A stretch of DNA of 48,481 nucleotides. It comes from an uncultured Anaerolineales bacterium. GTDB taxonomy: Bacteria; Chloroflexota; Anaerolineae; B4-G1. This document shows positions 1 through 9,799 of the stretch, in pieces. Position numbers and translations under genes: made by a program. Positions within the stretch are counted from its first letter, which is position 1. Every line of letters begins with the position of its first letter. A model generated the notes under the pieces. The model saw only the letters and a list, made by a program, of their open reading frames with translations, searched no databases and was not told the DNA's origin. Location: positions 1 to 48,481 of the forward strand of contig CAZDYW010000001.1 of NCBI GenBank assembly GCA_964509655.1. Reading direction: 5' to 3'.

Positions 1-1807
1 CCTCGAAGGAGGCTTTGTAGTACTCGGCCAGGCCCTTGACGTAGTCATTGCCCACGTCGTAGAGTACCGCCGCTTTCTGCGCACCGAGGTCGTTGATGGC
101 GAAGGAGGCGTTTACCTCGCCCTGGAAGGGGTCGAGGAAGCAGGCGCGGAAGATGTACTCCTTGTTGGAGCCGTCCTCGTTGATCGTCACCTGCGGGTTG
201 GTCGAGGTGGGGCTCATCTGTAGCACGCCAGCGGGGTTGGCGATCTCCGAGATGGGGATCGATGCGCTGGAGCAGACGGCGCCGAGGATGTACTTCACCT
301 TGTCCTGGTTGATGACCTTGTTGGCCACGTTGGCGGCTTCTTGAGCGTCACACTTGGTGTCGCCCAGGACGGCCTCGATCTCCCAGCCAGCGGCGCGGGC
401 CTCGTCGAAGGCCAGGTCAACGCCGTTGGAGCTGGATTCGCCGAAGGTCTTGACGTCGCCGCTCATCGGGAAGAGCTTGGCGACCTTGATCGCGAAGTCG
501 GGCGCCTCTGGAACTGTCACGCCGACCTCTTCTTCCTCCGCGGGGGCCTCGGCGGGCGCGCCAGCGGGGGCGACGAATTTCACGAATTCGATCTCGCCGC
601 CGGTGATGTGGCTGATGGCGGCCTTCTTGATGGGATCGCCGCTTTCGTCGAACTTGATGTCACCGGCGACACCCTCGAACTCGATGGCGGCCAGCGCGTC
701 CTTGACCGCGGCGGGGTCGTCCACGCCGGCGTCCTCGATGGCCTGCAGCAGCACGTTGGTGGCGTCGTAGGCAAGCACGGCTACGAAGTCGGGGGTCATG
801 TCGTGCGTGCTTTCGAAGTTCTTAACGAAGTCCTGCACGAGTGGGCGCGGGTCGTAGGGTGAGTAGTGGTTGCTGAAGTAAGCGCCGTCCACGGCTTCCA
901 GATCCAGGTCGGGGGAGTCCCAACCGTCGGCGCCGAGCATTGTGGCCTCGATGCCCTTCTCCTTGGCCTGCTTGGCGATCACGTTGACCTTGTTGTAGTA
1001 GTCAGGCAGGAAAAGCACGTCAACATCGGCTTCGGCCACCTTGGTCAACAGGGCTGAGAAGTCGGTGTCTTCCTTGGTGTAGGCCTCGAAGACTGGCACC
1101 TCTCCGCCCAGTTCCTCGAAGGAAGCCTTGAAGTACTCGGCCAGTCCCTTGACGTAGTCATTGCCCACGTCGTAGAGGATGGCGGCCTTCTGGGCTCCCA
1201 GTTCATCCATAGCGAAGCTTGCGTCCACCTCGCCCTGGAAGGGGTCGAGGAAGCAAGCGCGGAAGATGTACTCCTTGTTGGAGCCATCCTCTTTGATCGT
1301 TACTTGTGGGTTGGTCGATGGGGGGCTGATCTGCACGACACCAGCGGGGTTGGCGATCTCCGAGATGGGGATCGACGCGCTGGAGCAGACGGCACCGACG
1401 ATGTACTTGACCTTGTCCTGGTTGATGACCTTGTTGGCTACGTTGGCGGCCTCTTGAGCGTCGCACTTGGTGTCGCCGATGATGATCTCGACCTGGCGGC
1501 CTAGCACGCCGCCCTTGGCGTTCCATTCTTCGACGGCCATTTCGACGCCGCGCTTGGTGCCTTCGCCGAAGGTCTTCACGTCACCGCTCATCGCGGCCAG
1601 CATAGCGATCTTGAGCGATTCGGCTTCCTCTGCGGGCTCTTCTTCCTCTTCTGCTGGTTCCTCCTCTGGCGCCTCGGTGGGTTCTGCTTCTTCCTCTTCT
1701 GCGGGCGCCTCGGTTGGAACTTCAGTGGGTTGAGGGCCACAGCCTGCCGCGATGCCAAAGAGCAGGGATACGACTACGAGTAGACTTAAGACTCTTAGCT
1801 TCTTCAT
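1..1807 (-). CDS. ABC transporter substrate-binding lipoprotein, LivJ/branched-chain amino acid type, with two tandem type-1 PBP modules in one ORF. It is 3'-truncated by the window edge.
   Basis: The minus-strand ATG at 1807 has a GGAGG 9 nt upstream (1817..1821). The frame stays open to position 2, so it has no stop in the window and is absent from the ORF track. The N-terminus MKKLRVLSLLVVVSLLFGIAAGC is a signal peptide with a lipobox. A Glu/Pro/Ala linker follows, then LivJ-like blocks (KIAMLAAMSGDVKTFGEG, GDTKCDAQEAANVANKVINQDKVKYIVGAVCSSASIPISEIANPAGV). A second PAE-rich linker and a second copy of the same module follow with no intervening stop. Confidence 0.85.
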   Translation of the reverse strand, partial: MKKLRVLSLLVVVSLLFGIAAGCGPQPTEVPTEAPAEEEEAEPTEAPEEEPAEEEEEPAEEAESLKIAMLAAMSGDVKTFGEGTKRGVEMAVEEWNAKGGVLGRQVEIIIGDTKCDAQEAANVANKVINQDKVKYIVGAVCSSASIPISEIANPAGVVQISPPSTNPQVTIKEDGSNKEYIFRACFLDPFQGEVDASFAMDELGAQKAAILYDVGNDYVKGLAEYFKASFEELGGEVPVFEAYTKEDTDFSALLTKVAEADVDVLFLPDYYNKVNVIAKQAKEKGIEATMLGADGWDSPDLDLEAVDGAYFSNHYSPYDPRPLVQDFVKNFESTHDMTPDFVAVLAYDATNVLLQAIEDAGVDDPAAVKDALAAIEFEGVAGDIKFDESGDPIKKAAISHITGGEIEFVKFVAPAGAPAEAPAEEEEVGVTVPEAPDFAIKVAKLFPMSGDVKTFGESSSNGVDLAFDEARAAGWEIEAVLGDTKCDAQEAANVANKVINQDKVKYILGAVCSSASIPISEIANPAGVLQMSPTSTNPQVTINEDGSNKEYIFRACFLDPFQGEVNASFAINDLGAQKAAVLYDVGNDYVKGLAEYYKASFE

Positions 1808-2094
1808 TCTTCAACTCCTCCTTCTTTAATCTCATTATGTGTTTACTGTTAGCGGTCGGGAGTTTCTCCAATCTCCTTGACCAGTATCGTGGGGCTTTGT
1901 ATGTATACCATCACCTCCTTTCGCGTAGGGGTAGATTCGTTCTTGACAGGCTAGGGTCTAACCCGGAAGCAGGCACGCTGGTTGTTTTAGCAGTGCCGTT
2001 CCTGTGGCTTCCGAGAAGATTTTTCGGGCAAGTTCCCCTTTACCTTCAAGGGTGTAGGGGATAGTAGGTAATATTTATGGTGCTTGCAGGGTGG

Positions 2095-2454
2095 TCAGGC
2101 TTTGAAAGCTACTTGGACATTGGGTCTGTCTATCACATACAGGATGGCGCTTGAAAGCGCGATGGATAACAGGCTGGTGAAAATGAATGCCCAGTTGGTG
2201 CTTTCCCCAGGAGATGCATTGGGAAATAGAATCAGAAAGCGGACGATGACGTTAAGGCCCTGAACGAAAATGCACAACGTCAGTGCCCACCTCTTGAGCG
2301 TCAGCATGGCCCACCCCAAAAATACGAAGAGGGCAAGGGGAGCGACATAAAAGATGGGGTTGATAGATAGAAGCATTGCTGGGGGTAAAGTAAGGGCTGG
2401 AATAAATTGTAAGAGTGCTACGAGCGTGACGACGGTGGGACGGGACCTTTCCAT
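2095..2454 (-). CDS. Small hypothetical integral membrane protein (about 119 aa, 3-4 predicted TM helices)
   Basis: The ORF is in the track as 2095..2478. I prefer the ATG at 2454 (MERSRPTVV...) because a GGAGG at 2461..2465 lies 6 nt upstream of it. The GTG at 2478 has no SD. The sequence is strongly hydrophobic. Confidence 0.6.
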   Translation of the reverse strand: MERSRPTVVTLVALLQFIPALTLPPAMLLSINPIFYVAPLALFVFLGWAMLTLKRWALTLCIFVQGLNVIVRFLILFPNASPGESTNWAFIFTSLLSIALSSAILYVIDRPNVQVAFKA

Positions 2455-2670
2455 CAGTGTCCTCCTTTGATCAACCACTGACTACTTTGACATTTCCTAG
2501 AATAGGGATAAGTTCTAAGTCGCTTGGCTTGCCTGAGCTAGCAAGCTTATAGCATAGTTGTAGTGTTTTGTCAAATTCTATGGTTTTTGGCCTTTTTGGC
2601 TGAGTAGGTTGTTGAACAGGTACAAATTAGTACCTTACCGATCAAATCCTTGTACAGCGAGCAAGAAAAT

Positions 2671-2771
2671 TACACAGAGCCCCACAAAGGAGACAAAGAG
2701 ACGCAAAGAGAAGGGGATAAATTGAGTCGTTCTCTGTGTATCTCTGTTCCTCCTCTGTATAACTCTGTGTC
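2671..2771. repeat. Long imperfect inverted repeat (about 43-nt arms, about 15-nt loop) in the ppdK upstream region
   Basis: The left arm is 2671..2713 (tacacagagccccacaaaggagacaaagagacgcaaagagaag). The right arm is 2729..2771 (cgttctctgtgtatctctgttcctcctctgtataactctgtgt). The reverse complement of the right arm aligns with the left arm with several mismatches and one 2-nt indel. Confidence 0.55.
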
Positions 2772-2941
2772 CTGCTTGGCTCTCCTAATCTGAATAGAGC
2801 CGATGTCTTTTGCTACCCAGTGGGCGATTCAAGGATGTGCCCTCATTTGGGGAAGAAAATTGACATACCCTTTCAATTCTACTTAAAACCCTAGCTTTGT
2901 CAAATTCCAATTTCTGGGAGAGATTCACTCATAATTTGTAT

Positions 2942-2969
2942 TTGACTTTACTTTACCAGTAGGTATAAT
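2942..2969 (+). promoter_or_regulatory. Sigma-70-type promoter candidate for ppdK
   Basis: TTGACT (2942..2947), a 16-nt spacer, then TATAAT (2964..2969). This lies about 170 nt upstream of the ppdK GTG. Confidence 0.5.
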
Positions 2970-3138
2970 TGCTATTCTGTGGGCGTATCTAGCACCACAA
3001 TGAGACTTTGTCTCTTTGATGGCTGTGTTTTTACTTACAGAAGCCATTGAGCCGCTCACGGGAGTCGGGGTCTCGTTATGGTACTAGCTGCAAGCGTTTG
3101 TTGACCAAACTTTACGTTAGTTTACAGGAGGAAAAGTT

Positions 3139-5943
3139 GTGACTGAGAAGTGGGTATATTTATCACGTTCGGCCAAGGAAGACCTGTCCAAAACTTTGGG
3201 CCATGAACCCGGTATTCTTGAGATGAAAGAGATACTCGGAGGTAAGGGAGCTGGCTTAGCTGCTATGACTGCATCCGGTGCGCCGGTTCCCCCGGCTTTC
3301 ACAATTACCACCAGAGCTTGCACCGAATATATGGAGAGCGAGGAGTTCTCCGAGGGGGTTTGGGAGCAGACCCTTGAAGCGTTGAAGGATGTTGAGGAGC
3401 AGACCGGGAAGAAGTTCGGAAATACTGAAAATCCGCTTCTGGTCTCGGTACGCTCCGGCGCCCGGGTCTCGATGCCCGGGATGATGGATACGGTTCTCAA
3501 CTTGGGCCTCAATGATGATACTCGTGATTCATTGATTGAACTGACCGACAACGAGTGGTTCGCCTATGATGCTCATCGACGTTTCATTAGCATGTTCTCC
3601 GACATCGTGATGGGCTACAGCCGACTTCACTTCGAGGAGAAGCTGGAAGAATTGAAGGAGGAAGAGGGTGTCGAATTGGACACCGAGGTGAGCCTCGAAG
3701 GCCTGAAGCAGTTGGTCGGTGAATATAAGGAGATGTACAAAGAGCGCTTTGGCGAAGAGTTCCCCACCGATCCTTATAAGCAGTTGGAACTCTCAATCAA
3801 GGCGGTTTTTGATTCTTGGAATGGCGCGCGCGCCGTCGCCTATCGCGAGCACGAGGGCATTCCTCACGATTGGGGTACTGCCGTCAACGTGCAGACGATG
3901 GTCTTCGGCAATATGGGCGAGGACTCCGCGACCGGCGTGGCCTTCACCCGCGACCCCGCCACCGGTGAGCACGAATATCTGTACGGCGAGTTCTTGCCCA
4001 ACGCACAGGGCGAGGATGTCGTGGCCGGCATCCGCACGCCGCACCGCATCAGCCTCCAGGGTTCCCGTGAATGGGCGGAGGATCGGGGTATTCCCGAAGA
4101 GGTACGCGCCGAGAAATACTACAGCTTGGAGGAAGCCATGCCCGCGGTCTACAAAGAATTCGTCGAGATCACGGACATGTTGGAACACTACTACCAGGAT
4201 ATGCAGGACGTGGAGTTCACCATTGAGCAGGGCAAGCTCTGGATGTTGCAGACCCGCACGGGTAAGCGCACCGGTGCCGCTCACGTCAAAATCGCCGTCG
4301 ATCTTTGTGATGAGGGTGTGATCGATGAGCAGACCGCGCTAACTCGCGTGGAACCGATGCATGTGGAGTTGCTTATGCGCCCTAGCTTCGACCCCAAGGC
4401 CGAGAAAGAGTTGATCGCTCACGGGTTGAACGCTTCGCCTGGTGCAGCAGTGGGCGTTGCGGTCTTCACTGCCGAGCGGGCCGTGGAACTTGCTGAAGAG
4501 GGCAAGGACGTCATCCTCGTCCGCCCGGAGACGGTGCCTGACGAGGTGCCCGGTATGTTGGCCTCCCAGGGTGTCCTGACCCAGAAGGGCGGCGCGACAT
4601 CCCACGCCGCTGTGGTCGCCCGTGGCAGCAACCTACCCGCCGTGGTCGGCTGTGAGGAGATCACCGTCCAGGCCGACAAAGGGCAGTTCCTCACTGACGA
4701 CACCGTTGTCAAGGAAGGGGAGGTTATCTCCATCGATGGCTTCAACGGTGAGGTTTATCGGGGCGAAGTGCCCATGATTGAGGCCAAGTATGAGGATCAG
4801 AAAGAGCTGATTGAGCTTTTGAGCTGGGCCGACGAGGTGCGTGAGCTGGGCGTGCGTGCCAATGCTGACCTGGGACACGATGCCAAGCGTGCGGTCGAAT
4901 TCGGCGCCGAGGGTATCGGCCTGGCCCGCACCGAGCACATGTTCTTCGACGATCGGGCCCGTGAGGCCGTCGTCCGTATGATCCTGGCCGACACTGACGA
5001 GGAACGTCAGGCCGCTCTCGACGAGATGCTTCCCATCCAGGAAAAGGACTTCGAGGGGCTCTTCGAGGCAATGGACGGCAAGCCGGTGATTATGCGCCTC
5101 ATCGACCCGCCGATGCACGAATTCCTGCCCTCTCGCGAGCAGTTGATAGAGGACGTCGCCAAGTTGCGCTGCACCGATCCCGATTCCCCCGAACTGGAGG
5201 AGAAAGAGGAAATGCTCCAGGTGGTCAATGGGCTCTGGGAGGTCAACCCGATGATGGGCTTGCGCGGTTGCCGCGCCGGGCTGATGTACAAGGGCCTGAC
5301 GGAGATGCAGACGAGGGCCTATTTCCAGGCCGCTTGCCGCTGCGCCAAGCGCGGCGTCGAGGTGATCCCGGAGGTGATGATCCCCTTGGTCGGTCACGTC
5401 AACGAGCTGGAGCTGGAGCGTGGGAAGCTGGAGAAGGTAGCTCAGGAAGTTATGGAAGAGGAAGGCGTTGAAGTTGAATATATGTTCGGCACGATGATCG
5501 AGGTCCCGCGCGCGGCCCTCACCGCCGCCGAGATTGCCGAGTACGCTGATTTCTTCTCCTTCGGCACTAACGACCTGACCCAGATGACTTTCGGTTACAG
5601 CCGTGATGACGCTGAGGGTAAGTTCTTGATGAAATACGTGGAAGGCTTCGATACCGGCGAGGTGGATCCTGAGGGCGAACCGGTCAAGTTCCCCATCCTG
5701 GAGGCCAATCCCTTCCAGAAGCTGGATCAGACCGGCGTGGGGCGCTTGGTGAAGATCTGCGTGGAGGAAGGCAAGGCTGCGGATCCCGACCTTGAGATCG
5801 GCATTTGCGGTGAGCATGGCGGCGAGCCAAGTTCTATCGCCTTCTGTCATCGTACTGGGCTGGACTACGTGAGCTGTTCTCCCTATCGTGTGCCGGTGGC
5901 GCGATTGGCGGCTGCGCAGGCGGCGATCCAGGATAAAGAATAG
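3139..5943 (+). CDS. ppdK: Pyruvate, phosphate dikinase
   Basis: 934-aa ORF with a GTG start 7 nt after AGGAGG (3126..3131). It has the ATP-grasp N-terminus (GGKGAGLAAM), the phosphohistidine swivel motif GGATSHAAVVARG, and PEP/pyruvate-domain motifs (GIGLARTEHMF, FSFGTNDLTQ, GICGEHGG). Confidence 0.97.
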   Translation: MTEKWVYLSRSAKEDLSKTLGHEPGILEMKEILGGKGAGLAAMTASGAPVPPAFTITTRACTEYMESEEFSEGVWEQTLEALKDVEEQTGKKFGNTENPLLVSVRSGARVSMPGMMDTVLNLGLNDDTRDSLIELTDNEWFAYDAHRRFISMFSDIVMGYSRLHFEEKLEELKEEEGVELDTEVSLEGLKQLVGEYKEMYKERFGEEFPTDPYKQLELSIKAVFDSWNGARAVAYREHEGIPHDWGTAVNVQTMVFGNMGEDSATGVAFTRDPATGEHEYLYGEFLPNAQGEDVVAGIRTPHRISLQGSREWAEDRGIPEEVRAEKYYSLEEAMPAVYKEFVEITDMLEHYYQDMQDVEFTIEQGKLWMLQTRTGKRTGAAHVKIAVDLCDEGVIDEQTALTRVEPMHVELLMRPSFDPKAEKELIAHGLNASPGAAVGVAVFTAERAVELAEEGKDVILVRPETVPDEVPGMLASQGVLTQKGGATSHAAVVARGSNLPAVVGCEEITVQADKGQFLTDDTVVKEGEVISIDGFNGEVYRGEVPMIEAKYEDQKELIELLSWADEVRELGVRANADLGHDAKRAVEFGAEGIGLARTEHMFFDDRAREAVVRMILADTDEERQAALDEMLPIQEKDFEGLFEAMDGKPVIMRLIDPPMHEFLPSREQLIEDVAKLRCTDPDSPELEEKEEMLQVVNGLWEVNPMMGLRGCRAGLMYKGLTEMQTRAYFQAACRCAKRGVEVIPEVMIPLVGHVNELELERGKLEKVAQEVMEEEGVEVEYMFGTMIEVPRAALTAAEIAEYADFFSFGTNDLTQMTFGYSRDDAEGKFLMKYVEGFDTGEVDPEGEPVKFPILEANPFQKLDQTGVGRLVKICVEEGKAADPDLEIGICGEHGGEPSSIAFCHRTGLDYVSCSPYRVPVARLAAAQAAIQDKE

Positions 5944-5970
5944 CACATTGCCTTGTTTGTAGATTTCTAT

Positions 5971-6007
5971 GTGGCAGGTGGCCTGAGAGGCTACCTGCCA
6001 CTTTTTT
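5971..6007 (+). terminator. Rho-independent terminator after ppdK
   Basis: The stem is GTGGCAGGT (5971..5979) paired with ACCTGCCAC (5993..6001), with additional inner GCC/GGC pairing. TTTTTT follows at 6002..6007. Confidence 0.8.
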
Positions 6008-6064
6008 GTTCTGTTCAGCGAGTGAGATCGCAGGCCCTCTAATCTTCAGAAGGGCCTTTCTCAC

Positions 6065-6092
6065 TTGCCCTAAAGTCAAGTACGGGTACAAT
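6065..6092 (+). promoter_or_regulatory. Promoter candidate for dnaG-rpoD
   Basis: TTGCCC (6065..6070), a 16-nt spacer, then TACAAT (6087..6092). Confidence 0.35.
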
Positions 6093-6114
6093 AGAATCAC
6101 GCACACCATTTGTA

Positions 6115-6145
6115 GATTGGTTCAATCTCCAAGATTGAACCAATC
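6115..6145. repeat. Perfect 14-bp inverted repeat with a 3-nt spacer, 24 nt upstream of the dnaG start
   Basis: GATTGGTTCAATCT (6115..6128), CCA, then AGATTGAACCAATC (6132..6145). The two arms are exact reverse complements. Confidence 0.8.
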
Positions 6146-6169
6146 TCTAAGTAGTTTGTCATTTGTCCA

Positions 6170-8158
6170 ATGAGTGTTATTGACGAAGTTAAAGCCAGAA
6201 TCGATATCGTAGACGTCATCTCGGAGTCGGTTGACCTCCGGAAGTCGGGGCGCAACTATAAGGCGCTTTGTCCCTTCCATTCGGAGAAAACGCCCTCTTT
6301 CGTCGTCTTCCCCGATAGCCAGCGCTGGCACTGCTTCGGGGCGTGTAACGAGGGTGGGGACGTTTTCTCCTTCGTGATGAAGCATGAAGGCTGGGACTTC
6401 CGCATGGCCCTAGAGGAGTTGGCCCAGCGGGCGGGAGTCGAGCTCCAGCCGCGCACTCCAGAGCAGGCTCAGGCTGCCGAGGAGGCCGATCGCTTACGGG
6501 ATATTTTGGATACGGTCTCTCAGTATTATCATCATCTCCTGCGCCATGCGCCGGAGGCAGATGTGGCGCGTGCCTATGTCGAGAAGCGTAACTTGAGCGA
6601 GGAAACGGTCGATGAGTTTCAGCTCGGCTACAGCTTGCCGGGCTGGGATAGAACGCGGGCTTATTTGACCGAGCGTGGATACGCCGTCGATGACTTGATC
6701 AAGGCGGGGTTGTTAGTGGAACGTGATGACGGCGGTACGTATGATCGCTTTCGCGGAAGATTGATGATCCCCATCCGGGATCAGCGCGGGCGGGTGATCG
6801 GCTTCGGCGCGAGGACACTCGACCCGGACGGTGTGCCTAAGTATCTCAATTCGCCCCAGACGGCGCTCTTCGATAAGAGCACGGTTCTCTTTGGGCTGGA
6901 TATGGCGCGTCGGGCCATCCGCCGCGAAGATCGCGTCGTCATCGCTGAGGGCTACATGGACGTGATGCAGGCGCACCAAGCCGGTTTCGAGAACATCGTG
7001 GCGCAGATGGGTACCGCGCTCACCGAGCCGCAGCTCAAGCAACTTCAGCGCTACTCCAAGCGGATAGTGCTCTCGCTCGACCCGGACACTGCCGGTGTGC
7101 AAGCCACGCTACACGGCGTCGAGGTGGCGCGTGATACGTTGGAGCAGGAATGGGAGCCGGTCTTCGACCCACACGGCTTGGTGGGATATGAGGGACGCCT
7201 GGGGGCGGAGCTGCGGGTGCTGAGGCTTCCTCCTGGTCAGGATCCGGATGATCTGATACGCCAGGATGCTCAGCGTTGGCTCACCTTGGTCGAGGAGGCT
7301 GTGCCAGTGGTCGATTTCTACCTCCAGATTCTGATGGAGGGGATTGACCTGGAGGATACCAAGGCCAAGGCCCAGGTGGTCGATAAACTGCTGCCCGTTT
7401 TGAAGGCGGTGGCGAATCCTGTGGAGCGCGAGGATTACGTCCAGAAAATAGCGAGAGCCTTACGGGTGGAGGAGCGCGCCGTGCTATCGCGTCTTAGGAG
7501 TAAGAAGGCTCCCATCGAGAGATCAAGGCGCGGGGAGCGCGGAAGGCGACAAGATGGGAAGAATGGACGGGATGGGGAGGCTAGACAGGGCGGTGTGCGC
7601 GATGTGATTATTGAACTGGGGGAGCATTGTCTTTCCTTGTTGCTACAGCGTCCGAGTTTGCTCTCTCAAGTCGATCAAGCTCTCAGGGAAAGGGAGCTGG
7701 AGCCTTTGCGAATAAAGGACTTCCAGGATGCGGGTCATAGGGCGATTTTAGAAGCGTGGAAAGGGCTTCTAGATTCCAGGCCCTCGGTCTCGAGCGATAT
7801 GCTGCGCGAGGTACTGCCCAGTGATCTGGAGGAACAGTTGGAGGCGTTGCTCAATCCGGGGGAGGTCGAGTTTTCGCTCAGTTCCAAGGGGGAGAGTAGG
7901 CGCGGAAGTGAAAAATCTTCGCTCGGCCTTGAAGGATGGGCGGAGGAGCAATTGGTGCGAGATGCTGTCTTGACCCTGCTGCGTTTGCGCGAGCGTCATT
8001 TGAGGCAGTTGGGGCAGGAGTTGAGTTTCTTAACCCGTGAGGCACAAGATGCCGGGGATATGCGGGCTGAGGAATACGCCATGGCATGGCTTTCCCACAC
8101 TGCTACGCTACGTCAGACGCAGCGGGCATTAGCGCAGCCATGGGGACAAGTGGGGTAG
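6170..8158 (+). CDS. dnaG: DNA primase
   Basis: 662-aa ORF. It has the CHC2 zinc finger ([13 protein letters not shown]...WHCFGAC), RNA polymerase core motifs, the TOPRIM motif ([16 protein letters not shown]), and a C-terminal helical domain. Confidence 0.95.
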   Translation: MSVIDEVKARIDIVDVISESVDLRKSGRNYKALCPFHSEKTPSFVVFPDSQRWHCFGACNEGGDVFSFVMKHEGWDFRMALEELAQRAGVELQPRTPEQAQAAEEADRLRDILDTVSQYYHHLLRHAPEADVARAYVEKRNLSEETVDEFQLGYSLPGWDRTRAYLTERGYAVDDLIKAGLLVERDDGGTYDRFRGRLMIPIRDQRGRVIGFGARTLDPDGVPKYLNSPQTALFDKSTVLFGLDMARRAIRREDRVVIAEGYMDVMQAHQAGFENIVAQMGTALTEPQLKQLQRYSKRIVLSLDPDTAGVQATLHGVEVARDTLEQEWEPVFDPHGLVGYEGRLGAELRVLRLPPGQDPDDLIRQDAQRWLTLVEEAVPVVDFYLQILMEGIDLEDTKAKAQVVDKLLPVLKAVANPVEREDYVQKIARALRVEERAVLSRLRSKKAPIERSRRGERGRRQDGKNGRDGEARQGGVRDVIIELGEHCLSLLLQRPSLLSQVDQALRERELEPLRIKDFQDAGHRAILEAWKGLLDSRPSVSSDMLREVLPSDLEEQLEALLNPGEVEFSLSSKGESRRGSEKSSLGLEGWAEEQLVRDAVLTLLRLRERHLRQLGQELSFLTREAQDAGDMRAEEYAMAWLSHTATLRQTQRALAQPWGQVG

Positions 8159-8190
8159 TCAACGGTCGATCTGATGCGTTGAGAGAGATT

Positions 8191-9789
8191 ATGATGACTG
8201 AGAGAGAGAAAGGCTTGAGCGTGTCCGATACATCGAGTAGCATTGAGGATCGGGAGTATGTCTCTGAAAAAGCCGAGGATGAGACATTCGATTCGGTGCT
8301 GGTGGAGATCGCTACTGAACATGAAGAGCCTCTCGCTTGGGATGAGGAGGGCGAGCCCACTTTTGGCGAGTTGGAGAAAATCGAGAGCGAGCTGGATGAG
8401 GATAAGCACGACGCTATCCTTGAGTCGACCGATGATCCGGTGAGGATGTACTTGCTTGAAATCGGGCGCGTGCCTTTGCTGGAACATCACGAAGAGATAT
8501 GGCTATCCATCCAACAAGAGACAGAGGCATACTTAGAAAACATTAGATCGGTCCTGGGCGAACCTGGGAAAATAAAAGAGCGAGATGTTGTACTCGCTAT
8601 GGTGGATGTGCTTCGTGGAGCATGGTCAGAGGTACTTTATTGTTGCGATCAGCTTGGACTACCTTTGCCAAAACCGACCGCGTTGATGGATGAGGCGCAT
8701 GCTCTCCGTTACAGTCTTTTGCCCAACATTCATTCCTACCTCTACGAATTTATGAATCAGATTGGCTGGTCGAGTTCTGGTGATGAGTTACAAAATTCGC
8801 TTGTCGATCATTGTTTTGATGTTTTCGCCATGTTTATTCTGTTGCCTGAGCCTGTGATGAAATACCTTCACGAGGAGTGGGGCGATGATGTGGCTTTTCC
8901 TGATTTGCCAGCACTCGAACAGACGATCCCTGACGAAGAGACCATCGCGGTGAGTTGGTCCAATGTGGAAGCGCGAGTGCATGAAGCGCGGCAGCTTTTG
9001 GCTCAGGCAAACTTGCGGTTGGTGGTTAGTGTGGCCAAGAATTATACTGGGCGGGGCATCTCTTTCCTCGATTTAATCCAAGAGGGGAATATTGGATTGC
9101 TGCGGGCGGTTCGGAAATTTGATCATACTAAGGGCTTTCGCTTCTCGACCTATGCCACTTGGTGGATTCGCCAAGCGATCAGCAGGGCTATCGCCGATCA
9201 AGCGCGTACGATTCGCATTCCCGTGCATATGGTGGAAAAGATCAATCGTCTGATCAAGCTTAAACGACAGATGGTGCAGGAGTTGGGGCGGGAACCTACG
9301 ACTGAGGAGTTGGCGCTGGAGTCGGACATATTGGAGGCCGAGGTGAAAGCCGCGATCCGGATGGAGCAAGAAGAGGATGATACTCTTTCGCCGGTATTGA
9401 AGCGCAAATTGCGTCGCGCCACCGCCGAGGTGCGGCGTATCCTGCGCGTTTCCAAGGAGCCTATGTCGCTAGAGATGCCCGTGGGCTCGGAGGATGATAG
9501 TGTGCTGGGAGAGTTTATTGAGGATGAGAACATGCCCGGGCCGGTCGACGCGACCTCTTATCAGCTGCTCAAGGAGCAGGTCCGCTCATCGCTCGACATA
9601 CTCAGCGAACGAGAACGGGCAGTTCTGGAGATGCGCTTTGGCTTGAAGGATGGAGAGACACGCACCCTGGAGGAAGTGGGGCAAGTGTTCGGTGTGACAC
9701 GTGAGCGGGCGCGACAGATCGAATCGAAAGCTCTGCGCAAGTTACGTTACCCCGGCCGCAGTCACAAGCTGCGCGATTTCCTCAGTTGA
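8191..9789 (+). CDS. rpoD: Primary (group 1) RNA polymerase sigma factor
   Basis: Region 1.2 ([16 protein letters not shown]), region 2 ([31 protein letters not shown]), region 3, and the region 4 HTH ([28 protein letters not shown]) are present. The start is uncertain. The ORF is open from 8086 and overlaps dnaG. I chose the first ATG after the dnaG stop (8191). ATG 8140 is also possible. Confidence 0.92.
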   Translation: MMTEREKGLSVSDTSSSIEDREYVSEKAEDETFDSVLVEIATEHEEPLAWDEEGEPTFGELEKIESELDEDKHDAILESTDDPVRMYLLEIGRVPLLEHHEEIWLSIQQETEAYLENIRSVLGEPGKIKERDVVLAMVDVLRGAWSEVLYCCDQLGLPLPKPTALMDEAHALRYSLLPNIHSYLYEFMNQIGWSSSGDELQNSLVDHCFDVFAMFILLPEPVMKYLHEEWGDDVAFPDLPALEQTIPDEETIAVSWSNVEARVHEARQLLAQANLRLVVSVAKNYTGRGISFLDLIQEGNIGLLRAVRKFDHTKGFRFSTYATWWIRQAISRAIADQARTIRIPVHMVEKINRLIKLKRQMVQELGREPTTEELALESDILEAEVKAAIRMEQEEDDTLSPVLKRKLRRATAEVRRILRVSKEPMSLEMPVGSEDDSVLGEFIEDENMPGPVDATSYQLLKEQVRSSLDILSERERAVLEMRFGLKDGETRTLEEVGQVFGVTRERARQIESKALRKLRYPGRSHKLRDFLS

Positions 9790-9799
9790 TGGGGCTGTT

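Noticed and set aside
4633-5946. A 437-aa ORF on the minus strand, antisense to ppdK.
   Set aside because: It lies entirely inside a gene with unmistakable PPDK motifs on the plus strand. Its composition is rich in Arg/Leu/His/Gly and it has no recognisable motifs. This is typical of a stop-poor antisense frame in GC-rich coding DNA.
8086-8190. An upstream extension of the rpoD ORF that overlaps the last 73 nt of dnaG (ATG 8086 or 8140 as the start).
   Set aside because: The extension encodes non-conserved, Ala/Gly-rich sequence in the alternative frame of the dnaG 3' end. The first ATG after the dnaG stop is the more economical choice. The exact start remains uncertain.
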